Source: an uncultured bacterium (lineage in GTDB: Bacteria; Oederibacteriota; PGYV01; CAWJRG01). From it: a stretch of 64,000 nucleotides of DNA. The translations under genes and the position numbers were made by a program. Positions 47,570 through 56,154 of this stretch are shown here, one piece after another (position 1 is the stretch's first letter; every line of letters begins with the position of its first letter). The notes under the pieces were generated by a model that was not told the origin of the DNA, made no database searches, and saw nothing but the letters and a program-made list of their open reading frames with translations. Where the stretch lies: positions 512,001 through 576,000 of the forward strand of contig CAWJRG010000005.1 in assembly GCA_963845185.1 (NCBI GenBank), in the 5' to 3' direction.

Positions 47570-50554
47570 CTATTTGCCTTGAATCTTTTCGATCATATCA
47601 TAAGCCTGTTTAACTCCCAGTTTTCCGGCTTTGTTTAAGTCTTCAAGTGCCCCCTGCCTGTCGCCCGTGAAGTATTTGACATACCCCCGGTTATAATAGG
47701 CATTCGCCTGCTTTGGATTAATCTCAAGAGCTTTGTTATAATCCTCAATCGCGCCATTGTAATCGCCTGATTTGGTTTTGGCATTTCCGCGGTTGCTGAA
47801 AGCTTCCGCATACTTCGGGTTAAGCTCTATCGCCTTGCTGTAATCCTCAATCGCGCCTTTGTAATCGCCTGATTTGGTTTTGGCAATCCCGCGGTTGTAA
47901 TAAGCCGCCTCATACTTTGGGTCAAATTCCAGTACTTTACTGTAATCCTCTATTGCCCCGGTATTATCGCCCGAACTTAATTTGGCTATACCGCGGTTGC
48001 TGTAGGCTTCCGTATACTTCGGTTTAATTTCTATTGCCTTGCTGTAATCCTTGATGGATTTTTTATAATCACCCATGCCATCTTCGGCATTCCCGCGGTT
48101 GTAATAAGCCGTAGAAAGATCAGGCGCAAATTCAACTGCCTTATTGCAATCCTCAAGCGCGGCTTTGTAGTCGCCCAATTTATATTCAGCAGCCCCGCGG
48201 TTGCAATAGGCTTCCGCATATTTCGGGTCTGATTCTATTGCCTTTGTATAATCCTCAATCGCGCCTTTATCGTCTCCCCGGCCGAATTTGGCATCCCCCG
48301 ACTCCAGATAATTCCGCATTTCACTATTGCCGGAATTAATCTGCTCAATGGCCTTTTTATCCGGGCTGCCGTATTTATCTGCATTTTCGAGCATTTCCTT
48401 CGCCATGGTTATATTCCCATCCTTTTGATAAACCTCTCCAAGCGCCTGATAAGCCTGCCAATAATCCTTTTTTAACTCAATAGCTCTTTTTAAATATTTT
48501 ATCTGGCTGTCTTCGTCGTTAAAGCCTTTGTAAATATTTGCCAGTTTATAATACAGAACCGGTTCATTTCCTTTCATTTCATCCTTAAAAGGGAAAAGCA
48601 TGGCTTTTTTATAAAGCTTCAGCGCCTCTGCCGGATTCCCGCCATTAAAAAGTTCATTGGCTTTAAGCATCATGCAAAACGAATAGGTTATGACAAGATC
48701 TGATGTTACCCTGCTGTAGTCAATATATTTATCATATAATCCGCGGTTATATGAATAAAGCTGAAAAATTTCCGGAGGAATTTGCTTCTTGTTTGTTAAA
48801 TATTCCTGCAGCAGTCCTTTTTGCACAAAATCATGCACCTTTAACTTATCCATAACCGGTGAATATGTGCTTTTGTATATTTCTATGCCGTTGACGGAAT
48901 AATAATCAATAATATTATTCAAATTGTAAGCCGGGGCCTTTTCCTTTACGGGAACATTTCCGAATTTTTTAACAAAATCATCTATTCCTGCCTGCAAGTA
49001 CAGGTCCCACATGCGCAAAAGTTTTATATCCTGCCTTTGTTTTTCAATAATTTGAACATAAAAAAACGGCATGAAATTATAATCGCCTTCGCAAAGAAAT
49101 AAGCTGTTCTTGTCCATGGTTTGCAAAGTATTGTGCCCAAAGTCATATGCCTGATAATTGTACCTGTTGTTGTTTTTTTCAAAATTTTTATATCCCAAAA
49201 ACAATATAAGCAAAAGTACTGTTGTTAAAAAACCGTATCTAAAGGCCTTTGTAGTGGAGCTCCCCGCTTTCATAAGCGGGACACCTTTAAAAAATTTTAT
49301 AATATGCTCCCTCCCCGGAGCGCTATCAATTCCCGCCTGACTTCGGCTGAGCTCAGTCGAAGGCCCTACAAGCGGGGTTTTTCGCGCAGCGGGGTCAAGA
49401 AATCCCGAAATCAAACACATGCCCGAGATAATAAAAAGCATTAAAATATATTGGGCAGGCATAAGAAAAATATCGGAAATCCATATCATGCTTTCCTCGC
49501 TGCGGTTGTAAAAAACTACAGCAATGCTGATTATTAAAAATGCGCCCAAATAAAAATAAAAAATTTCTTTGCTTTTTTTATATATAATATATGCGCCTGC
49601 AGGAATTAAAATCCACAGGATCGAATAATTGCTGAATAAAAGCACAAAAAATTCTTTTATCTGGTATGCATACAGGTGTAAACTCGGAGGCGGGACAATG
49701 CCGGTATATCCCGTTCTGAATATTGTCCACCAGAAATTTTCCCAAGTGTTTGGCCATGCCATAAAAACAAAAATGCTGCTGTTTCCCGACCTTATTGGCA
49801 GGTAAAGGTACGGGCTGAAACCCGCAAGCAGCAGCAATGCCGATGTCATGATATTTTCCAGTTTTATTCTTCCCCGGTATTTAAAAAACAAATATCCGAA
49901 TACCGGCAGCAGTATTATCATGCTCGGCCAGTGGTTTGTAAGCGAAAGCCCGAAAACATATGATATGAGATAAAGATATTTAATAGTGGAGCTTCCCGTC
50001 TTAACAGGCGATTCTCTAATATGCTCCCTCCCCGGAGCGTTATCAAATCCCGCCTCTACTGGTGGGGTTTTTCGCGTAGTGGGATTAAATCCTTTAAACA
50101 GCTCCATGCTCAAGTATATCAGTGCTCCGAAAAGCAAAAGATTTAATATGTAAATCCCGCCTTTTGCCTCTATCGCCTGGTTCCAGAAAATAAAAGACAA
50201 TGCCAGGATGAAAAATCCGGCGAAATTTATTATTTTATCTTCTCGGGCGAAAATCCGGAAAATAATTTGTTTTATAATAAAATAAGACAATAAAAGGACT
50301 ATTATGGCGAGGAATATGACAAAAGAATTTATCCTGAAAGCCGGCGAGCCAACCGGCAGCAGGGAAAACACTTTTGCCGCCATTGTAAAAAGCGGGTATG
50401 CGGGCGGATGGCATATGCCGAGGGTATACGCAGCTGTTATTATTTCTGGCGAGTCATTGTTTTTAAATGCGGGAAACATTGTATAAAGATATAATTGCGA
50501 TACCCCAATTAAACAGACTAATAATATTATAATTTCCTTATATTTCTTAATCAT
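47570..50554 (-). CDS. DUF2723 (TMEM260-like GT-C) membrane glycosyltransferase with C-terminal TPRs
   Basis: DSPE......LGICHPPAYPL, YLYLPIRS, EGDYNF; TPR array. Confidence 0.85.
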   Translation of the reverse strand: MIKKYKEIIILLVCLIGVSQLYLYTMFPAFKNNDSPEIITAAYTLGICHPPAYPLFTMAAKVFSLLPVGSPAFRINSFVIFLAIIVLLLSYFIIKQIIFRIFAREDKIINFAGFFILALSFIFWNQAIEAKGGIYILNLLLFGALIYLSMELFKGFNPTTRKTPPVEAGFDNAPGREHIRESPVKTGSSTIKYLYLISYVFGLSLTNHWPSMIILLPVFGYLFFKYRGRIKLENIMTSALLLLAGFSPYLYLPIRSGNSSIFVFMAWPNTWENFWWTIFRTGYTGIVPPPSLHLYAYQIKEFFVLLFSNYSILWILIPAGAYIIYKKSKEIFYFYLGAFLIISIAVVFYNRSEESMIWISDIFLMPAQYILMLFIISGMCLISGFLDPAARKTPLVGPSTELSRSQAGIDSAPGREHIIKFFKGVPLMKAGSSTTKAFRYGFLTTVLLLILFLGYKNFEKNNNRYNYQAYDFGHNTLQTMDKNSLFLCEGDYNFMPFFYVQIIEKQRQDIKLLRMWDLYLQAGIDDFVKKFGNVPVKEKAPAYNLNNIIDYYSVNGIEIYKSTYSPVMDKLKVHDFVQKGLLQEYLTNKKQIPPEIFQLYSYNRGLYDKYIDYSRVTSDLVITYSFCMMLKANELFNGGNPAEALKLYKKAMLFPFKDEMKGNEPVLYYKLANIYKGFNDEDSQIKYLKRAIELKKDYWQAYQALGEVYQKDGNITMAKEMLENADKYGSPDKKAIEQINSGNSEMRNYLESGDAKFGRGDDKGAIEDYTKAIESDPKYAEAYCNRGAAEYKLGDYKAALEDCNKAVEFAPDLSTAYYNRGNAEDGMGDYKKSIKDYSKAIEIKPKYTEAYSNRGIAKLSSGDNTGAIEDYSKVLEFDPKYEAAYYNRGIAKTKSGDYKGAIEDYSKAIELNPKYAEAFSNRGNAKTKSGDYNGAIEDYNKALEINPKQANAYYNRGYVKYFTGDRQGALEDLNKAGKLGVKQAYDMIEKIQGK
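49253..49393 (-). mobile_element. Element C copy, 141 bp, in-frame inside the DUF2723 gene
   Basis: Encodes PAARKTP...APGREHI...GSST; homologous to 49985-50083. Confidence 0.8.
49985..50083 (-). mobile_element. Element C copy, 99 bp, in-frame inside the DUF2723 gene
   Basis: Encodes PTTRKTP...APGREHI...GSST; CCACTA at both ends. Confidence 0.8.
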
Positions 50555-50562
50555 TTTTCACC

Positions 50563-51795
50563 CTAAGGTTCCAGTTTGTCTGTATTAACAAGCGCCGGAA
50601 AAAACCATACCCACAGCGTTACTACAGCAAGTGTGCCTATTCCGCCTATTACTACTGACGGCACCACTCCGAACCACGCTGCAGTTAATCCTGATTCAAA
50701 TTCCCCGAGCTGGTTTGACGTGCCTATAAACATGGAATTTACCGCGCTTACCCTGCCCCTCATTTTGTCCGGCGTTTTAAGCTGCACCAGCGAATGCCTT
50801 ACAACCATGCTTATCACGTCTGCCGCGCCCAGCAGAACAAGGCTGCAGAGCGAAAATAAAAATGACTTCGATATCCCGAATAATATTGTGCCTATTCCGA
50901 ATATTGCCACGGCCGTGAACATTGTCCTTCCAACCCGGCGGCGCAAAGGCCTGTATGAAAGAAAAAGCGACATCAGCAATGCGCCTGCAGCAGGCGCGGA
51001 GCGCAGCAGCCCAAGCCCAATCGGCCCTGTTTTTAATATATCGCGTGCGTAAGCAGGCAGTAGCGCTGTTGCTCCTCCGAGCAATACTGCAAAAAGGTCG
51101 AGCGATATTGCCCCGAGTATCTGCGGCTTGTGCCGTATAAACGATATCCCTGCAAATACTGATTTTAAGTCCGCGGCCTCGTGTTTTTGCGGCTTATGCA
51201 CATTTTTAATAAAAAAACCCAATACGCACGCTATAAAAATAAGCGCGCCTGAAACAGTATAGACAACTCCCGCGCCTGCTGCATAAAGCAGCCCGCCAAA
51301 CGCAGGCCCGATTATAAAAGCTGTCTGCGTTGAGGAAGTCGATAGCGCGGTAGCGCGCGTAAATATTCCCTGCGGCACGAGCCCGGGCAGGAGCGCCTGC
51401 ATTGTCGGCCCCTCAAAAGAGCGCGCCGCACCGAAAATAAAAACTATAGCCAGTATGCTTTCTTTGTTCAGCCAGCCCATGAAACTGCCGGCTGCCAGTA
51501 CTGCTATACCTGCTGCCTGCACAGCCTGGCTCATACATACAATAATCCTGCGGTTATAGCGGTCAGCCGCGTGCCCGACCGCAAGAGTGAGCAAGAACAT
51601 TGGCAAAAACTGTGCGAGTCCTACAAGGCCCAGATAAAACACGCTTCCAGTTATTGCGTATATCTGCCAGCCTACTGCCACTGCAATCATCTGCGACGCA
51701 ATGGCGCTTGACATACGGGCAAACCAGTAAAGAATGAATTTGCCGCTGAATAAAGCAGCGCGGCTTCTGTTTATATTATTTAAAACAACAGGCAT
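50563..51795 (-). CDS. MFS transporter (EntS/DHA3-like)
   Basis: GHAADRYNRR, LDLFAVLLGG, MRGRVSA, NQLGEFESG; start MPVVL after AGGAG. Confidence 0.9.
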   Translation of the reverse strand: MPVVLNNINRSRAALFSGKFILYWFARMSSAIASQMIAVAVGWQIYAITGSVFYLGLVGLAQFLPMFLLTLAVGHAADRYNRRIIVCMSQAVQAAGIAVLAAGSFMGWLNKESILAIVFIFGAARSFEGPTMQALLPGLVPQGIFTRATALSTSSTQTAFIIGPAFGGLLYAAGAGVVYTVSGALIFIACVLGFFIKNVHKPQKHEAADLKSVFAGISFIRHKPQILGAISLDLFAVLLGGATALLPAYARDILKTGPIGLGLLRSAPAAGALLMSLFLSYRPLRRRVGRTMFTAVAIFGIGTILFGISKSFLFSLCSLVLLGAADVISMVVRHSLVQLKTPDKMRGRVSAVNSMFIGTSNQLGEFESGLTAAWFGVVPSVVIGGIGTLAVVTLWVWFFPALVNTDKLEP

Positions 51796-51823
51796 GTTTA
51801 ATTGTCTCCTGAACGGCAGCGTT

Positions 51824-52372
51824 TTATGGCGATGAAGAAGCTTCCAGTTCCTGTAATTTTGGCCCAACGACATTTCCCAGCTTGCCGCCGGCAGTAAATA
51901 AAACATAGCCAAAAACAATAAGCATTAAAGCAAGAAATATAAAAGACCACAAATGCCGCGACTCAAACCTCTTTATGGTCCTGGCAAAAGACATAAGGCT
52001 TATCACTGCTGCCACTATGATTACAGCGTCCACGCTCGCCCGCTGCCAGTAGCTGCCGCCCAGATGAATCCACATCCCAAACTCATCAAATGTAAGAGCC
52101 AGGGCAATACCGTATAACAGCGCTGTTATTTCAGCCGCGCGTTCAATGGGGCGGTGGAATACGCTGTAACCCCCGACTATGGATAGCAGGAAAATGCCGT
52201 AATTCAAATGATGCACATGCGTCCCCTGTAAAAAGAAATACATATTCGGGATTTGATGTGACATTATCAAAAAAACAACCACCCTTGCCGCAATAAAGGT
52301 GAGTATGAAGCCAAAAAGCGCCCTTCTTGCCAGCCTGTGTACTGTTTCACGGTGTAAGTGCTGCTCAATCAT
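51824..52372 (-). CDS. Conserved membrane protein of unknown function
   Basis: HVHHLNYGI and ALTFDEFGMW motifs; 5 TMs. Confidence 0.7.
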   Translation of the reverse strand: MIEQHLHRETVHRLARRALFGFILTFIAARVVVFLIMSHQIPNMYFFLQGTHVHHLNYGIFLLSIVGGYSVFHRPIERAAEITALLYGIALALTFDEFGMWIHLGGSYWQRASVDAVIIVAAVISLMSFARTIKRFESRHLWSFIFLALMLIVFGYVLFTAGGKLGNVVGPKLQELEASSSP

Positions 52373-52390
52373 AGCGTGTTCCCCACAATA

Positions 52391-53281
52391 TTATTTCGCG
52401 GTTTTTGTAGCTGCATTTGCTTCTGACTCAAGTTTTGTCTTTAGGTCAATAAGCGCTGTCGAGGAAGCGGCTATCTCGTCTCCGTCTTTTACCCCCGAGA
52501 CTATCTCGGTGTAATCGTCTGTCTCGTAGCCTGTTTCTACATCAGCAGGCCCGTATTTCCCCGGCGCCTTTTTTAAAAATACAATCTGTTTTTCCCCTGT
52601 GTCAAATATGCTTTCTGCCGGCACACACAGCCTCTGGCCGAGGTCCATGTATATTATTGCCTCGACTTCCATGCCGGGTTTTAAAAGTCCTGACTTATTT
52701 GGCGCCTCAATGCTTATCTTCAGGATTTTGCTGGCCGGGTCAGTGCGCTTTCCCACTTCGCTTACGCTGCCCGTGAATTTTTTCCCTGGATGCGCGGCTG
52801 ATGTAATTTCCGCTTTTTGCCCAATTTTAACAAGATTTTCCTCGCCTTCGTAAATCTGCGCTTTAATAACGGCAATGCCCGAATCATTTCCGGTTTCGTT
52901 AACCTGCGCCGGCGAACCTGCGCTTTTTAAGCTTAAAAACATTTGTCTTTTCCTGACAAAGGTTGTCTTTATTCCTGCAGCCTGTTCCTGCTGCGGCGAT
53001 ATATCCACCGGCCCTTCGTTTATATCCTTTTCCACTCCCTGTTCCTCGTCGTTCATAACGGTTTCAACATTGTCCTCGTCATTATCCTCGTCCCCTGTCG
53101 CACCGCCTGCCTGCTCCGCTTCGGGCACTGCTTCTTTTTCCTGCTGTTGAGCTACTGCTGCTTCTTTTTCCTGCGCAGGTTTTATGGCTTGTTTTTTTGG
53201 CCTGAATATAAAATACCCTGCCGCTATAATAGCTGCTGCTATAATTACAACAATAAGTATTTTTAAAAAGTTCTGTTTCAC
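52391..53281 (-). CDS. Efflux RND periplasmic adaptor (CusB-like), internally shortened
   Basis: TM anchor; IYE....VKIGQ, LKPGM, VPAESIFDTG, VETG, GVKDGD. Confidence 0.75.
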   Translation of the reverse strand: MKQNFLKILIVVIIAAAIIAAGYFIFRPKKQAIKPAQEKEAAVAQQQEKEAVPEAEQAGGATGDEDNDEDNVETVMNDEEQGVEKDINEGPVDISPQQEQAAGIKTTFVRKRQMFLSLKSAGSPAQVNETGNDSGIAVIKAQIYEGEENLVKIGQKAEITSAAHPGKKFTGSVSEVGKRTDPASKILKISIEAPNKSGLLKPGMEVEAIIYMDLGQRLCVPAESIFDTGEKQIVFLKKAPGKYGPADVETGYETDDYTEIVSGVKDGDEIAASSTALIDLKTKLESEANAATKTAK

Positions 53282-53341
53282 TTTCTCACCTCTGCTTCGG
53301 CAAGTACTATGCAAAATAAATTATCGGCGGCTTTAAGAACA

Positions 53342-53480
53342 CCCCTTCCCCCTCGACGGGGGAAGGCCGGGATGAGGGTGATGTAGCGGCTGAAAGTATT
53401 TAACTTTCCACTCATAACGTTAATGCCACTTTGCCGCTGCTTCACCCTCTCCTTTTTCCTCTCCCTTCAAGGGAGAGGAG
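53342..53480. repeat. Inverted doublet of CCCTCTCCC/GGGAGAGG-type palindromic repeats
   Basis: CCTTCCCCC-TCGAC-GGGGGAAGG..GAGGGTGA ... TCACCCTC..CCTCTCCC-TTCAA-GGGAGAGG, with a paired spacer. Confidence 0.75.
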
Positions 53481-53565
53481 CCCATTGATTAAATTCAATT
53501 TATTATGTTCAAGTATACGATATTCTATCACACGCCTCCAGGTTATTCATTACAAAAATCCTCTG

Positions 53566-54390
53566 TCATTTTAACGGCAATACTTCATTCATGCTTCCGC
53601 TGCGGAAGCCTTCAATATCCAGTGTTATATACTTGAAGCCAAGCTTTTTAAGCCCGTTTACTATCCTCATCCTGTTTTTCTGTGACAGGAGGATTTTGAA
53701 TTTGTCCGCATCAATTTCTATCCTTGCGGTATCTCCGTAATGCCTTACCCTCACCTGTTTTAATCCCATATTTTTAAGAAGTTTTTCCGCTTTTTCAACG
53801 GTTACCAGCTTTTTAATGGTTATCTCATTATAATAAGGGATGCGTGAGGCAAGGCAGGCAGCCGCAGGCTTGTCCCATGTTTTTAAGCCAATTTTTTTGG
53901 ACAATAAACGTACATCTGCCTTTGTAAAGACTGCTTCAGCCAGCGGGTGCCTCACTCCTGCCTCGCTTGCGGCTCTAAGCCCGGGCCTGAAATCCCTGAA
54001 ATCATCCGCGTTTGCGCCGTCAGCCAGCCATTTGATATTTTTTTCCCTGGCTATGCCGAGCATTTTCGAAAACAGCTCTGCCTTGCAGAAGTAACACCGC
54101 TCAGGCGGGTTGTTCTTGAAATCTTTGTTTTTGAGTTCCTCTGTTTGCATGATTATGTGTCCCTGCTTGTTTCCTCTTGCATATTTTTTCGCTTCAGAAA
54201 GTTCCTGTTTTGTGTAAGTTTCCGAAACCGCGGTTACAGGCAATACTTCGCATCCTTTTGTTTCCTGCGCAGCTTTCAGCAGGAACGTGCTGTCCACTCC
54301 GCCCGAATAAGCCAGTATAAATCGCCCCATTTTTTTCAGTATTGCCCGGAGATGTTTGTATTTTAACGAAATTACATTTTTATTACTCAT
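53566..54390 (-). CDS. larE: ATP-dependent sacrificial sulfur transferase LarE family
   Basis: AYSGGVDS, RCYFCK, DFRPG, CLASRIPY, RVRHYG, GFRSGSMN. Confidence 0.9.
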   Translation of the reverse strand: MSNKNVISLKYKHLRAILKKMGRFILAYSGGVDSTFLLKAAQETKGCEVLPVTAVSETYTKQELSEAKKYARGNKQGHIIMQTEELKNKDFKNNPPERCYFCKAELFSKMLGIAREKNIKWLADGANADDFRDFRPGLRAASEAGVRHPLAEAVFTKADVRLLSKKIGLKTWDKPAAACLASRIPYYNEITIKKLVTVEKAEKLLKNMGLKQVRVRHYGDTARIEIDADKFKILLSQKNRMRIVNGLKKLGFKYITLDIEGFRSGSMNEVLPLK

Positions 54391-54462
54391 ATATTCTCCT
54401 ATTTTTAATCTTTTGGATTTTACTTATTTTATCACCCCTTCTAATCCAAAACAAGACAGTAT

Positions 54463-54491
54463 TTGATTTTAGTAACAAATGTTGTTAAAAT
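54463..54491 (+). promoter_or_regulatory. sigma70-type promoter ahead of motif A/glpK
   Basis: TTGATT-N17-TAAAAT with TG extension. Confidence 0.55.
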
Positions 54492-54508
54492 TAATCAGTA
54501 TTATAACC

Positions 54509-54605
54509 GCACCACTTGTCCCTCGCAAGCTCGGGACTTGAGCGGGTACAAGATTCCGTAAGATTTTATCTTCGCTGTTGACGCTTGATAAAATCAACGG
54601 AATCT
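54509..54605 (+). ncRNA. Leader motif A copy 2 (upstream of glpK)
   Basis: GCACCACTTGTCCC..GGGACTTGAGCGGGTAC AA GATTCCGT AA GATTTTATC..GATAAAATC A ACGGAATC, then GGAGG. Confidence 0.75.
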
Positions 54606-54618
54606 ATGGAGGTAAGCT

Positions 54619-56127
54619 ATGTCCGAAAAAAAATACGTTGGAGCAGTTGACCAGGGCACAACAAGCACAAGGTTCATGCTTTTTAATAGAAGCGGCGATA
54701 TTGCGGCCGTGCACCAGGTTGAGCATAAGCAGATTTATCCCCAGTCCGGCTGGGTAGAACACGACGCTATGCAGATATGGAACAATACCAAGGAATGCAT
54801 AAATCAGGCGCTATCAAAATCAGGCATCAAGCCTGAAGAAATCGCGTCAATAGGTGTCACAAACCAGCGTGAAACCACCGTTGTCTGGGATAAAACAACC
54901 GGCAAGCCTCTGCATAACGCCATAGTCTGGCAGGACCTGCGCACAGCAGATATCTGCGCGGAACTATCAAAAAAAGGAGGGCAATACAGGTTTCAGAAAA
55001 CAACAGGCCTGCCACTCGCCACATATTTTTCCGGCCCGAAATTGAAATGGCTGTTTGACAACAAGCCAAAAATAAAAAAAGCAGCCGAATCAGGCACTGC
55101 CCTTTTCGGCACAATGGACACGTGGATAATATGGAACCTGACAGGTGGCGCTCACGTTACTGACCCCACAAACGCAAGCCGCACCATGCTCATGGGCTTA
55201 GGCACATTGAAATGGGACAAAAAAATGCTGGGAATATTCGGCATACCTGAAAGCATTTTGCCGGAAATCAGACCGTCGTCAGACCCTAAAGCATACGGCA
55301 TTACACAGAAAACAGGCCCGTTTGGCGCTGAAATACCCGTAATGGGCGACCTCGGAGACCAGCAGGCAGCCTTGTTCGGACAGACATGCTTTGAAAAAGG
55401 CACGGCAAAAAACACTTACGGCACAGGATGCTTTTTGCTTTTAAATACAGGAAACAAACCTGTTTTTTCCAAAAACGGCCTGATTACAACAGTCGGGTAT
55501 AAAATCGGAGACTCGCCGGTTGTATATGCCCTTGAAGGTTCCATAGCAATAGCAGGCGCGCTTGTCCAGTGGGTGCGCGATAAGTTAAAACTAATTACCT
55601 CTGCCCCTGAAATCAATGACCTCGCAATGCAGGCATCTGATAACGGCGGTGTTTATTTTGTACCTGCGTTTTCCGGGCTGTTTGCTCCCTACTGGCGCAG
55701 CGACGCGCGCGGCATTATTGCCGGCCTCACCCATTACACAGGCAAAGAGCATATTGCACGCGCAGCGCTTGAGGCCACGGCATATCAGGCGCGCGAAATT
55801 TTTGAGGCAATGGAAAAAGACTCTGGCATAAAACTCGCCTCATTAAAAGTAGACGGAGGTATGACAGCAAGCGAACTTCTGATGCAGTTTCAGTCAGATA
55901 TATTAAATGTACCTGTCTCCCGGCCAAAGGTCGCCGAGACAACCGCGCTTGGAGCCGCTTACGCCGCAGGCCTGGCAGCGGGCTTCTGGAAATCGCAGGA
56001 AGAGCTAAAGGCAAACTGGATTTTGTCAAAGCAGTGGCAGCCTAAAATGGCCGCTGACAAGCGGGAAAAGTATTTCAAAGAATGGAAAAAAGCAGTGCAG
56101 AAGTCTTTGGGGTGGATGGAAAAATAA
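54619..56127 (+). CDS. glpK: Glycerol kinase
   Basis: [32 protein letters not shown]. Confidence 0.97.
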   Translation: MSEKKYVGAVDQGTTSTRFMLFNRSGDIAAVHQVEHKQIYPQSGWVEHDAMQIWNNTKECINQALSKSGIKPEEIASIGVTNQRETTVVWDKTTGKPLHNAIVWQDLRTADICAELSKKGGQYRFQKTTGLPLATYFSGPKLKWLFDNKPKIKKAAESGTALFGTMDTWIIWNLTGGAHVTDPTNASRTMLMGLGTLKWDKKMLGIFGIPESILPEIRPSSDPKAYGITQKTGPFGAEIPVMGDLGDQQAALFGQTCFEKGTAKNTYGTGCFLLLNTGNKPVFSKNGLITTVGYKIGDSPVVYALEGSIAIAGALVQWVRDKLKLITSAPEINDLAMQASDNGGVYFVPAFSGLFAPYWRSDARGIIAGLTHYTGKEHIARAALEATAYQAREIFEAMEKDSGIKLASLKVDGGMTASELLMQFQSDILNVPVSRPKVAETTALGAAYAAGLAAGFWKSQEELKANWILSKQWQPKMAADKREKYFKEWKKAVQKSLGWMEK

Positions 56128-56154
56128 ACTCGCATTAAAAAAAGGTGAACCCGG

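Noticed and set aside
53566..54390. Lactate racemase (lar) operon
   Set aside because: Only larE is present; stand-alone LarE homologs are common.
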